From NCBI GenBank assembly GCA_964016885.1, contig OZ024741.1:398102001-398166000 (forward strand): a stretch of DNA of 64,000 nucleotides, given 5' to 3'. Positions 28,831 to 41,878 of the stretch are shown here, in pieces (the stretch's first letter is position 1; every line of letters begins with the position of its first letter). The translations under genes were made by a program, and so were the position numbers. The notes under the pieces are model-generated. The model worked only from the letters and a program-made list of their open reading frames with translations, was not told the DNA's origin and made no database searches. This DNA is from Eledone cirrhosa (Eukaryota).

Positions 28831-29862
28831 ACTCTCCCCAGATCAGTTGCCAGACATTGGAGCTTTAATGTATTGTTTGGGAAGTGGTAATTTGAGTATA
28901 TATATGCTTTGATATCTTCCTCCCTACCTCTATCTCACACTGTTGACAAGATGTATCCATATTGTAGCTGGTCAGTAGTTTAACAACTAACTGTCTAACA
29001 TCTAGCTACCTACCTCTCTGTCTGCCTGTTTGTCTGTATATATGTCTATCAGTTTATCTGTTTCTTTATCTTTCTATCTATGTATATCTCAATCTCTCTG
29101 TCTATCTCTCTATCTACCTGTCTATAAAATGTATATATTTTTGATAAAAAAAAACAAACAATAACAATGTCAAATCAACGAATCCCTATGGCAGTCTGAA
29201 GATAGAATGATATATAGATCGATACATATATATAGATAGATATACAGATAGAGAGATAGATACATACATACATATATATATAGATAGAGAGAGAGAGAGA
29301 TACATACATATATATATATATATATATAGATATATATAGATAAATAGATAGATAAAGAGTTAGATAGAACAAAGGAATTGTAATTTCGTAGCTATATGTT
29401 TGATAATGATTTAAGAAAATATGGAAGAAAGATTGTAATTGATTTAAATCAGTGTAAAATAAAATATGGCCATGGCAAGAGGGAGACAGTTTAAAAATAT
29501 TTTCACTATAAACCCTGTCATATTCACGGGTAATATGCTAGTAGATATATATATATATATATGTGTGTGTATATATATATATGTGTGTGTATATATATAT
29601 ATATATGGTTGTGCTTGTGACATGGAAAAAATAGCGCAGTCCACACTGTAACATGGTTGGCATTAGGAAGGGCATCCAGCTGTAGAAACCAATCTAAAAT
29701 GCAAATCCATATAAACAAGATGTGGTCACCTGACCTAACTTATCTCATGATGTGACAACCCATCTAACCATGGAAAAATGGGTGTTGAGCAATGATGATG
29801 AATTATATAAGTAATTATTAGGACCATTATCAGGTATAAGTTTACAGGTACACTCAGCCAAC

Positions 29863-30091
29863 TTCACCCTTTAACATTTAAACCAGTTGTATCTGGCCAG
29901 AAGTTTGTCACCTATTTCTGTTCAAACTGGCCATAACTGGCTGCTCAGACTGATGTTAAGGTATTGTTCTCAAAATAAGTAATATCAAAATCTCATAGAT
30001 TCGATATTATGCAAGATATTTATGTAGGATAAAGCCTTTACTGTGAAAATATAATAGTATATATAGACTAATGTAAATGATAAAGGGTTAA
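29863..30091. mobile_element. piggyBac-type MITE (family A), diverged
   Basis: CCCTTTAACATTTAAACC ... TAAATGATAAAGGG|TTAA; aligns with 41337-41559. Confidence 0.75.
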
Positions 30092-30365
30092 TGAGTTAGA
30101 TCGCTGACACACAGAAAAGAAAATATTGATGGCTATTCAAACATTATAAAATGCCATCACACTCTGAAATAAGCTAAACCTCTTCAATGAGTAGATGAAA
30201 ATGATATGAAATTCGATGCTTAAAAATGTAATGTTCTTCATTATTGATGGGATATACACAATATACATTATTTGACTTCAGAAAACACAATGATTCACAG
30301 TGCTAATGATAGACAGGATTTAGGAATAATCCTGTGTAATGATGAATCTTTCATTTGACACATCG

Positions 30366-30600
30366 TATGGCTTAGTGGTAAGAGCATTGGACTTGCAATC
30401 GAAAGGTTTTGAGTTCAATTCTCAGACCGGGTGATGGGTTGTTTCCTTGAACAAGGCACTTTATTTCACGTTGCTCCAGTTTACTCAGCTGTAGAAATGA
30501 GATGATAGGACTGGGGTCCCTATCATTAAAGTCACCCAAGACACCTCTAATGAGATATACCTTGGAGGAGGCCAGCTGAACCTGCATAGGTGTGAGCTGT
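30366..30600 (+). mobile_element. tRNA/CORE SINE, tail type B
   Basis: Same head as 43663 but continues ATACCTTGGAGGAGGCCAGCT...GCATAGGTGTGAGCTGT, shared with 56630-56852. Confidence 0.8.
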
Positions 30601-30974
30601 AACAACACATCACCAAACTGACCTCTAAGTACAGACATCTCATGGAAGGGATCCTATGAGCCTTTGTAACAGGAGAACCTGTAGTTATATTGACACTATG
30701 GAAAACCTCAGTTCTGAGCAGATTAGTTTACTGTTCACAGCTTTGGCTCCCAAATAAACCCAGTCTCAGAAGAAATTGAAAGGTTACAGAGAATGTTCAC
30801 TAGGAAAATAATTTCAGTAAAAGGCCTTAATTACTGGGAATGTCTGAATGCTGTGTCTCTACTTTGTTGAATGATGAAGTGAGAAATATACTGTTATATA
30901 TGTATAGAAGTCCCTAGAGAGTTATGTTCCAATCTTTGGTGTTAAAGAGAACTAGTAGATATTTCACCTTGAGA

Positions 30975-31440
30975 AGGGTTCTGGAATAATGCTGGAGCAA
31001 CTAGTAGCAAACAATGACTTGTTTTGTTGACTTTGCAACAATTTTCCATTCAGTCAATTGCAACACACTCTGTGATATCTTACATCATGATCACAGATGG
31101 GTGTCCTGTCGTGTTGCTGAAACTTATCAGAGCACACTACAGCTTTACAACTCTATATCCCTACACAATCAATGGTTTGATGTCACATTGAGGAATCTAA
31201 CCCCTATGAAATATGTGTAGGTGTCTGTCAGTTTTAACACTACAACACTTTTCAATTATGCCATTGAATGGATTGTAGAGCATCAATCCCCTGCTCCATG
31301 AAGGATTTCCCAATCCATGCCAGCGTGGAAAAATGAACGTTAAATGGTGATGATGATCATGTGGGACGATACTTCAGTGTCGATGAACTTCACTATGTCA
31401 TTAACCCCATTGTTGGTGATAACTATATCAATATTCAGTC
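30975..31440 (+). mobile_element. Old degenerate LINE reverse transcriptase fragment
   Basis: TCFVDFATIFHSV resembles FVDF..AFDSV; TLFNYAIEWI follows; interrupted by a SINE tail. Related fragment at 41155-41975. Confidence 0.55.
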
Positions 31441-31671
31441 ATGAAACTACAATAAATATTCCGTGCTAGCAAGGAAAATAAACATTAAATGATGGTGATC
31501 ATATATATATGTGTGTAGTTGAGGAGTTCACTTCACAACTCCATGGTTTCAGGTTCAGTCCCAATACGTGTCACCTTGGGCAAGTTTTTTACTACTATAA
31601 TCTAAGGTTGACCAATGTTTTGTGATTAAAATTTGGTTGATGGAAATTGAGCAGAAGTCTGTTGTGTGTAT

Positions 31672-31998
31672 CGTCATCATCATCATCATCATCATCATTT
31701 TACGTCCGCTTTTTCCCTGCTTAGAAGGGTGGGACGGGAACTGATTTTGGCTTGATTTCTACAGCTGGATGCCCTTCCTAACACCAACCTCATTTACAGT
31801 GAGTGCTGGGTGATTTTTTTGCAGTGGAATGATAGGGACTCCAGTTCTATCATCTCATTTCTACAGCTGAGTAAACTGGAGCAATGTGAAATAAAGTGTC
31901 TTGCTCAAGGAAACAACACATCAACCGGTCTGAGAATTGAACTCACAACCATTCGATTGCAAGGCCAATGCTCTAACCACTAAGCCATGTGCCTCCAT
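31672..31998 (-). mobile_element. tRNA/CORE SINE, tail type A
   Basis: Reverse complement of the 43663 element with an internal deletion; (ATG)n tail. Confidence 0.85.
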
Positions 31999-32319
31999 TT
32001 GATGTTTACACTCTACTAATGTATTGAGTACCTAACTAACTGTGGTTACCCCCGATTGAACACGGAACACACACACACATCATCTTCATCACCGTTTTAT
32101 GTCAATTGATGATGATGATGATATGTATATTATATATAATAATAATAATAGTGCCGGTTAGTCTTCAACCTATTTGTATTTATCATTGTTGTTAGTATAA
32201 TTATGGCCACATACATTTGGTCGCTTTTCTTGGTAACTTAAAAAAAAAATTTTTTTTATGACCATGCTGTAAAATGGAGCGGTAGAGAGGGCCCTTGAGT
32301 CTAGTAAGACATCCTCTCT

Positions 32320-35300
32320 AGTGCTGGTGGCACAAATAAAAGCACCCTGTCCATGCTGTAAAGTGGCGCTGGTGTTAGGAAGGGCATCCAACCAGTGTAT
32401 CAATGCCAAAACGCTTATCAGCACAGCAACAAATAGATAGGAACAACAAAATATGAAGACATCGCATCTCAGAGTTGCAACACTTAATGTTGGCACTCTC
32501 AGAGGTAGATCTGCTGAAATAGTGGAGATGCTTGAGAGAAGGCATGTGGATGTGTGCTACGTGCAAGAGGTGAGATGGAGAGGTGCCTCTGCGAGACTAG
32601 TCGTAGGCAAACATCTTAGCTATAAGCTTTTCTGGGTAGGTAAGGATGATGGGTTAGGGGGAGTAGGCATTTTCCTGGCTGAGAGATGGATCAATAAGAC
32701 AATAGAAGTAGTTTGAGTTAGTAATCGAATAATTAAGTTTAGATTAGTTGTAGGCAGGAGACTACTGACAATCATCTCTGCCTATGCTCCCCAAGCAGGC
32801 CTAGGCAAAGAAGAGAAAGACTGCTTTTACGAGCAACTTTTACAAACAACCGCAATGACAGAGGACGGAGACATCATTATGCTAGCATGGGACTTCAATG
32901 GTCATGTTGGACAGCTCGAGGATGGTTACACTGGGGTACATGGTGGGCACGGTTACGGCTCAAGAAATGAAAGAGTGAGACTTCTTAAATTTTGTGATGC
33001 AAGTACACTGACTATCTGCAACACTAACTTCCAGAAACCTGCCAACCAGCTAATAGCCAACAAATCTGGCGAGCACATAAGCCAGATTGACTTCTTACTA
33101 GTTAGGCAGTGGGACAGGCAGATAGTGTTTAATACCAAGGCATACCCTGGGGAAGAATGTACCCCACAGCATAGGTTAGTCGTTAGTGATATCTCAGTAA
33201 GCAAGAGATGGAATGAGACATACAGGAAGATGTGGAGAAGAAAGGTGTGGAGAAGAAAGGAACGCCCTTCAAGATGTGTATGACGAAAAAGAAGACGATT
33301 TAGAGATGTATGTCATAGATAATAACTGGAATTTCTTACGTGACAACTTACTGCAGGCTACTGATGAAACTTGTGGCTGGAGCAGAGCTCCAACCAGACA
33401 GAGAGTGACCTGGTGGTGGAACAGCACAGTAGATAAGGCCATTAGAGACAAAAGACTAGTATGGAAGGCTTGGAAAAAGGGTGGGAGTAGGGAAGGATAT
33501 ACAGCTGCTAAGAGAGAAGCTAGACGTCAGGTGTACTTAGCACAGAGGGAGGCTGAGAGTAGGAGGTTTGCCAATGTTCTGCAACGGGAAGATCAGAGAC
33601 GTGCGGTGGTCCACATTGCAAGGCAGTGTGTCAATGCAAATCAAGATGTTGTTAGAGATAAATGTGTCCGGAATGATGCCGGTCTACTTAGTGTCACGAA
33701 TGATCAGAAAAAGGAGGCCTGGAAATGTCATTATGAGAGACTGATGAATGTGGAGAACGAATGGGAGAGAGAGAAATTACCCTCAGTAGATCCGACAGAG
33801 GGACCAGCTATTGAGATTGACGAATATAGGGTCCAAGAGGCGATTAAGGAAATGAAAAATGGTAAGGCTGCTGGACCATCGGGGATAGTTGCTGAGATGC
33901 TGAAGGCATCAGGGGACGTAGGCACTAAACTGGTTGCACGCATCATCAATCAGGCTATATATGGTGGTGTCATACCCAAAGACTGGTGCAACAGTATTCT
34001 CATAAATTGCTACAAAGGTAAAGGGGATGCTCTGGAGAGGAGCAATTATAGGGTATAAAACTGATGGATCAGGTTATGAAAGTGGCAGAAAGGATATTAG
34101 CACAACTAATTAGAGAAAGGGACAAACTAGATGAGATGCAGTTTGGTTTTGTGCCTGGGAAGAGTACAACAGATGCCCTCTTCTTGGTGAGACAATTACA
34201 AGAGAGGTTCTTAGAGAAAAATAAGCCACTATACTTAGCCTTCGTTGACCGAGAGAAGGCCTTTGATAGGGTACCCCGATCTGTCATCTGGTGGTCCCTA
34301 AGGAAACTAGGTATTGAGGAATGGCTTGTGAGGACAGCGCAAACTTTGTACAGAGGTACTGTCAGTAAAGTCAGGGTAGGAATGGAGTTTAGTGAGGAAT
34401 TCCAGATACAAGTAGGAGTACATCAAGGTTCGGTCCTCAGCCCGCTCTTGTCATTATAGTCCTCCAAGCCATAACAGAGGAGTTTAAGACTGGCTGCCCA
34501 TGGGAACTTCTCTATGCTGACGATCTGATTCTTATAGAAGGATCAGTAGAGGTGCTAGAGAATAAATTCTGGCTATGGAAACAGCAGTTGGAAGCAAGAG
34601 GACTGAGAGTGAACCTAGCTAAGACAAAAGTGTTGATCAGTAGAAAAGAGGACAAAACTTTGATTCCATCAGGGAAATGGCCATGTTCGATATGCAGAAA
34701 AGGAACTGGCATAAATTCTATAAAATGCACACAATGCAGATCCTGGGTACACAAGAGATGTAGCAGGATAGTAGGCAAACTAACAGGTAGGGAGAAATAC
34801 GTATGCAGATGTACAGGGAAATTAGACAGTAGAAGTCGCATTGATAGACACATTTTTCAAATGCAGGCGGGTGCTATAGAAGTGGTGGATAGCTTCTGGT
34901 ACCCAGGAGATCAGATTAGCATGGGAGGGGGGTGTTCCGAGGCCATAGTATCTAGAATAAGGACGGGTTGGAAGAAGTTTAGGGGGCTGCTTCCTCTGCT
35001 GACGAAGAAGGGTTTCTCCCTGCATACGAAAGGCCGGTTATATGATGCCTGTGTGAGGAGTGCGATGCTGCATGGTAGTGAGACATGGGCAGCAACTGCA
35101 GAGGATATGCAACGGCTGGAGAGAAATGAGGCAAGCATGGTCCATTGGATGTGCAGTGTCAATGTGCGTGAACGACCCAGCATAAATGTGTTGAGAGAGC
35201 AACTGTGCCTGAGAGGGATAGAATGTAGTGTATGGGAGAGAGGAGACAGGTGGTATCTACATGTGATGCGCATGGAGGATGACTGATGGGTAAAGAAGTG

Positions 35301-35413
35301 CCAGGAAATGCCAAATGAAGGAAGACGTGGTAGATGTAGACCACGAAAAACATGGGCGGAGGTCGTGAGAACAGACCTCAGATTGCTGAAGCTCATGGTG
35401 GAGATGATGATGA

Positions 35414-35417
<4 letters not shown>
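32320..35417 (+). mobile_element. Near full-length decayed RTE-clade LINE (AP endonuclease + RT + PHD-like finger)
   Basis: ATG 32453: RVATLNVGTL, VQEVRW, AYAPQ, WDFNGHVG, QIDFLL, PQHRLV (endonuclease); KAAGPSGI, NYR, QFGF, FVDREKAFDRV, GVHQGSVLSP, YADD at 34513 (RT); RPRKTW C-terminus; stop at 32714 and several frameshifts; ends in (GAT)n. Confidence 0.93.
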
Positions 35418-35489
<72 letters not shown>

Positions 35490-35861
35490 TAAAACAGAAA
35501 ACAAAAGCAAAGCGAAGAGTGCAGTATTAGTCACGCTTAAATATATGAATCAGGTTGGATTCAGTTAGAAACTGGTTAGATCATTACTCACCAAAGTACT
35601 TGATACTTGGGGTAGTAGAGTATGGTTATATGAATGAGTTAGGAGCCCGACAGCTGAGGTCTTGCTGTTTCAACAGCTAGTTCCAGACTGGAATATATAT
35701 ATATATAAATGGAAGGACATCCAGCCAGAGAAACTGAATAAAAAAAAAAATGGAACATCTGATCAAGACATGGTTACCTATCTTGTCAAGCCTCAGAATG
35801 TGACAATCTGTCTAACCCATGGAAGCATGGACAATTGACATTAAATAGTGTTGATGATAAT

Positions 35862-36035
35862 AATTGTTTCTACTTTTGGCACAAGGCCCAGTGTATTACT
35901 GGTACTTTATTTTATCGACCCCGTAAGGATGAAAGGCAAAGTTAACCTCGGCGGGATTTGAACTCAGACCATAAAGGGGCGTAACTCTATGCTGCAAAGA
36001 TTGGCATCCGACCCTCTACCGATACTGCCAATCCA
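35862..36035 (-). mobile_element. Meta-like tRNA SINE
   Basis: Aligns with 13226-13414. Confidence 0.8.
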
Positions 36036-36414
36036 ATGATATATTTTATATCAATAAAGGCAGTTACTAGTAATACAAGTTTCGATAGAAATCTAAGAGC
36101 ACTTGGCCATCTTTAAATATTCTTCAGTGTCACATTTCTGTTATTGATATTAGATTTGGTTTGCATATATCATCATCATCATTTAACATCCATTTTCCCT
36201 GATTGCAAGGATTGGTATGTATATATATTAGGGTTGGCTGAATAGTTCATAGGCTGACTAAGATACTCTCATGGAATGACCAAATGAGATTAATTTTTCC
36301 TTATCTATTCTTCGGAAACTCTTGGCATTATATATACATATAAATATTTATACCCTGCCCCTTCCATACACCTCCTATGCCCTAACACCCCCATCCACAT
36401 CTGATCGCACCACC

Positions 36415-38318
36415 CTTACACTGTAAAGTTGTTGTGCTGATATCAGAACAAAAAGCACCCAGCTCACACTGTCAAGTGGTCATGTAGATGTCATGATAAA
36501 AGGCACCCAGTTCACACTGTCAAGTGGTTGTGTAGATATCACAAAAAGCACCCAGTCCACACTGTAAAGTGGTCGTGTAGATGTCATGATAAAAAGCACC
36601 CAGTCCACACTCATCATCATCACCGTTCTACGTCCGTTCTTCCACGCTAGCATGGGTTTGACGGGTTGTCCTGTTGTGAGCAGTGTCCGGTCAGCTGACC
36701 TCTTGCTCATACGGGAACTGATTCTGGCTTGATTTCTACAGCTGGATGCCCTTCCTAACACCAACCTCATTTACAGTGAGTGCTGGGTGCTTTTTTGCCA
36801 TGGCACCTCCACGACCACTCTACAGTCATCTCATTTCTACAGCTGAGTAAACTGGAGCAATGTGAAATAAAGTGTCTTGCTCAAGGAAACAACACATCAC
36901 CCCGGTCTGAGAATTGAACTCACAACCTTTCGATTGCAAGCCCAATGCTCTAACCACTAAGCCATGTGCCTTCATGAGATTTTGATATTATTAACACTGT
37001 CAACTGGTTTTGTATATGTCACAACAAAAAGCACCCGGTCCACATTGTCAACTGGTTTTGTATATGTCACAGCAAAAAGCACCCAGTCCACACTGTAAAG
37101 TGGTTGTGTAGATGTCACAACAAAAAGCACCCAGTCCACACTGTAAAGTGGTTGTGTAGATGTCATGATAAAAGGCACTCAGTCCACACTGTAAAGTGGT
37201 CGTGTAGATGTCATGATAAAAGGCACCCAGTCCACACTGGAAAGTGGTTGTGTAGATGTCACAACAAAAAGCACCCAGTCCACACTGTAAAGTGGTTGTG
37301 TAGATGTCATGATAAAAGGCACCCAGTCCACACTGGAAAGTGGTCGTGTAGATGTCATGATAAAAGGCACCCAGTCCACACTGTAAAGTGGTCGTGTAGA
37401 TGTCATGATAAAAGGCACCCAGTCCACACTGTAAAGTGGTCGTGTAGATGTCATGATAAAAGGCACCCAGTCCACACTGGAAAGTGGTCGTGTAGATGTC
37501 ATGATAAAAGGCACCCAGTCCACACTGTAAAGTGGTCGTGTAGATGTCATGATAAAAGGCACCCAGTCCACACTGTAAAGTGGTCGTGTAGATGTCATGA
37601 TAAAAGGCACCCAGTCCACACTGGAAAGTGGTTGTGTAGATGTCACAACAAAAAGCACCCAGTCCACACTGTAAAGTGGTTGTGTAGATGTCATGATAAA
37701 AGGCACCCAGTCCACACTGGAAAGTGGTCGTGTAGATGTCATGATAAAAGGCACCCAGTCCACACTGTAAAGTGGTCGTGTAGATGTCATGATAAAAGGC
37801 ACCCAGTCCACACTGTAAAGTGGTCGTGTAGATGTCATGATAAAAGGCACCCAGTCCACACTGGAAAGTGGTCGTGTAGATGTCATGATAAAAGGCACCC
37901 AGTCCACACTGTAAAGTGGTCGTGTAGATGTCATGATAAAAGGCACCCAGTCCACACTGGAAAGTGGTCGTGTAGATGTCATGATAAAAGGCACCCAGTC
38001 CACACTGTAAAGTGGTCGTGTAGATGTCATGATAAAAGGCACCCAGTCCACACTGGAAAGTGGTCGTGTAGATGTCATGATAAAAAGCACCCAGTCAACA
38101 CTGTAAAGTGGTCGTGTAGATGTCATGATAAAAGGCACACAGTACACAGTGTAAATGTGGTTGGCATTAGGAAGGGCATCCAGCCTTAGAAACCAAGTCA
38201 GAAAGAGTTCTGTATGAGCAAGACACTGTCAACTGACCCGACTTGCCTCATATAGGACAACCCGTCTAACGCATGCTAGTGTGGAAAATGGACATTAAAC
38301 GATGATACTGGTGATGAT
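36415..38318 (+). repeat. 48-bp minisatellite expanded inside an RTE-derived non-autonomous element
   Basis: Unit GCACCCAGTCCACACTGTAAAGTGGTCGTGTAGATGTCATGATAAAAG, about 24 copies at 36990-38150 plus about 4 at 36415-36610, followed by the family body and tail at 38150-38318. Confidence 0.92.
36612..36975 (-). mobile_element. tRNA/CORE SINE inserted into the 48-bp minisatellite
   Basis: Head at 36975, (ATG)n tail at 36612; the 48-bp units continue on both sides. Confidence 0.85.
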
Positions 38319-40719
38319 GGCTCAGTACATTACATAGAGTGCTTTATTTTCTTTGATCTATTCTTTGGAAACTCTTGGCTCTCGCTCTCTCTCTCTATAT
38401 ATAGTGCTGAGAGTTTCTGAAGATTAGATGACAGAAAAAAACAAAACACTCTATGTAATGTATATATATATATATATATATATTATCATTATCACTGTTT
38501 ATATATATATGTGTGTGTGTATTTGGTTTTTGCCTGCACTAATGTGACATTATTCTTTATTGATTTCCAACATCTACTCTCTTCTCCATCTACACCACCT
38601 TCACACCGATATTTTGGGTGCTTCTTTTCAGCTGTTTTGCAACTAACCTTTATCATTGTACATTACTTCATTCCACCTTACTCCCTCACCCATTTCATCT
38701 TCTCGTTTCCATTCTCACATTCATAATACACAGCTTCTCTCGGGTCTCCAATAATTATTAATTTTTAAAGATTTTTCCTCACCCCCGAGCTCTTATTCCC
38801 ACCCACCCATTTATTAAATTTTGCTAATCTTAGGTGAAATTTTATTTTAAGTGGTAGCATTCCTGCGATAATTAATTTTCTTTATACATTAAAAAAAAAC
38901 ATTACACATGACAAAAAAAGTACAATACTAGAAATCCCATATGTTATAAAATAAATAGGATGGATTGGGGTCTCAATATGTAAACTAAATGACTAATTCT
39001 GGTTTAAAAAAAAAATCAATGAAGACAACCTAGAAAAGTGACTGATTCCAACTCCCACTTATTGCACCCCACCCCCTAATATTTGTGACCCGAGAGTAGT
39101 TTTTCTCTACACAGAATACAGGTATTTTTCTCAGATTCTACTATTTTACTATTCATTATGGATTAGATTTCATCACCTCTGTTATATTTAATTACAAATG
39201 TGTACAGTATAGGACATTTCTCTTAAGTTGTTATGTGTGGTGTTCAACATTTTGTGGCAAAGTCACACTACCATCAACCTACTTTCTGGTAATCTGCCAC
39301 GTGTTTCATTGAAAGTTTGATCCCATCGCTTGGTTCTTGCTGGTCGTGTTACCTGCCATGATGAACATGCACGGAAACTGCTTCTCTGGTCATTAGGTAC
39401 AGAATGCCAAGTAGGACGTTGAAACATAACCATCCAGACTCTGTTGGCAAGGGACACTGGCTTCACTGGATGTGATCTTGTTGCTGTCATGAAAGAATGA
39501 ATCTGCAGGGAAACAGCTTCTGAGTAGGACGTCCATACATAACCGTCAGGCCTCTGTTGGTCTTGGCCTCACTGGACAGGATCTTCTTCCTGCAATGAGA
39601 AATCGGGAAGTCTGGAACAAGAACTTTGTGCATGCTTCACTTTCGATGGAGGGAGGACTCAACAAGAAGAAGATAACTGGAAAGAGGCCATCAGGTGTCA
39701 GTGAAGTGCAGAAAGGAATCATAAAGGGGTTATATTGGACATTTGGACATTAAACTTGATGTTTGATGTGGGAGAAAAACTTGCAACTTCTAAAATGGGG
39801 ACAATATGTGACAATGAAGACAAAATTAGCTCCAGGTTATCTGTTAACTGGTTGGATATTCTGTTTTCATAGGAAGGAAAAACAATCAACAACATCCCAG
39901 ACCTCATTTTCTTACCAAGTGGGGTGGAACTCATCAAATTAGACCAAGGAAACAATGTTTCCATTGGTCTTTCCAATTGCTGATACTATCTACAGGTCAA
40001 AACGCCTGCAGAAAGAGCAATGTGGAATGAAGTGTCTTGTTCAAGGACATAACACATCTCTCGGTCTGGGAATCGAACACGCTACCTCATGATTTTGAAT
40101 CCAGATACGTAACTACTAAACCACTATGTTTTCATAGATCTGATGTAATGCTTAATATGGAATCACTCCTAGTTGGTCATAATGTGCTAAACACACAATA
40201 GTCGTCTTCTTCGCCCACTTATAACAGAGAAAGCCATGAAGGCAGAGTCCTCAAACACTCCTTCCAGCAGGTCTTGTCAGAAGCAGCTGTCTCCAACTAA
40301 TCCAGATTAATCCCCAAATGTGACTAACCGAGCTCATGGATGTTGTCCTACCATGTTTCTCAGTTGGGGTCTAACTGTGAGTCTGTTGGTTTTGCCCGTA
40401 AAATTTGTCCCGCCATTCTTTTCTGAGATGTGGCCTCTGTAAGCCGTAGTGAAGGCAACCCATCTAGGAGAGTAGACACTTCAAATAAAAACTAACAAAG
40501 GGTGGAGAGGACCCATGAGTCCTGTAAGACAACCTCTCTACTGCTGGTGCCATGAATAATGCACCTAGTCCACACTGTAAGGTTGTTGGTGATAGGAAGG
40601 GCATTCAGCCAGAAAAAACCCTGCCAAAATATGATGATGATCATCATCATTCATCCAACGCATGCAAGCATGGAGAAGTGGTGATGATGATGATTCTAAC
40701 CACATGTCTGTAATATCAA

Positions 40720-41005
40720 AGCTGTGATCTCTTCAATTGAAGCACATACTAAACGTTTGTATGATAATTTACTGAAAAAGGAATGTGAGACATCTAATAG
40801 AAAAGATGTTCTGGTTAGTAAAAACTGGTTTAAAATATTTTAAGAAATGTTTTAATTGACACATTAAAATCACTGATGATGCTACTAATGGCTGCTATTA
40901 ATTACACAGAGGAGCTGAAGAGAAGGGTTGTTGAAGAAGGCTACATACCAGAGCAAGTATGGAATGTTGATGGAATTGGACTTTTCTGGAAGCAATGCCT
41001 GCTAT
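40720..41005 (+). mobile_element. Tigger/pogo transposase relic
   Basis: YTEELKRRVVEEGYIPEQVWNVDGIGLFWK resembles GY.PEQ.FN.DETGLFWK; upstream SKNWF...HIKITDDA resembles SKGWF...IKITGEA. Frameshifted. Confidence 0.7.
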
Positions 41006-41204
41006 GACTTGAATTAGCACCAGGCTGTAGTCATCATCATCATCATCATCATCATCATTCTCACAACCTCTTTTCCATTCTTATATGGGTTTGACAAAAA
41101 GATAGCAACTAGTGGAAATCATATTGATTGTGCTAGCAGAGTTGTGTTCTGAGTCCAACACTTTTCAATTATGCCATCAACTGAATTGTAGAGCATCTCT
41201 GAAG

Positions 41205-41878
41205 CAGAAATAGGGAACCTGCTGTCTTCTATACCATTTTGTTGAAAGAATCAACAATTTCCAACAAATGTTTAATGTTTATTAATATGTTTTTGTCTAT
41301 CTCTTATTTTAATTCAAACCATAAGATGAATGTACTTTAACCCTTTAGCATTTAAACTGGCCGTATCCGGCCAGAATTCTTTCACCTCCTTCTGTTCAAA
41401 CCGGCTGTATCCAGCTGCTTATGCTGATGTTAAGGTATTGTTCTCAAAATAAATGATATCAAAATCTCATAGATTCAATATTATGTGAGATAAAGTGTTT
41501 ACCATAAAAATATAATAGTAAATATAATAGTATATATAATGTAAATGCTAAAGGGTTAAATACTAAAGAGTAAAAGAAAATTCAACGAAGTAATCCACAT
41601 TGACAGACAGCCAGAATTTAAAAAATTAGTAGATTATAAGGGCCATTTCAGAAGTGTCTCATGTTTTAGTTCTAATGTGATTCTAGAATGTACATTAAAT
41701 TCCTGCTTGGCTGGAGCCACTATTACCGCAAGCTGGTTAGTGAGAACCTGTGGGGATTTAGTACACCAGTGGTTATCAGAATTTCAAGAATTTATAATTA
41801 TAGTTTCTTGAATACGGCCTTATTATATTACAAGTAACTTAATGTGGCCTTTTAACTTGAAAAGGTTCCTCACTTCTG
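41205..41878. mobile_element. hAT-type non-autonomous element
   Basis: Ends CAGAAATAGGGAACCT / AGGTTCCTCACTTCTG; 8-bp target duplication CTCTGAAG / CCCTGAAG; inverted second copy at 62460-62988. Confidence 0.75.
41337..41559. mobile_element. piggyBac-type MITE (family A) nested in the hAT element
   Basis: TTAA|CCCTTTAGCATTTA ... TAAATGCTAAAGGG|TTAA; the matching site in the 62.8 kb copy has a single TTAA. Confidence 0.92.

Noticed and set aside
37104-38189. 361-aa and 322-aa Cys/His-rich repeat ORFs on both strands
   Set aside because: 48-bp unit is a multiple of three and derives from non-coding retroelement sequence.
39260-39990. Coding-like unique sequence on the minus strand
   Set aside because: Frames are broken and I recognise no motif; may be a decayed transposon. 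BLASTX would be needed.
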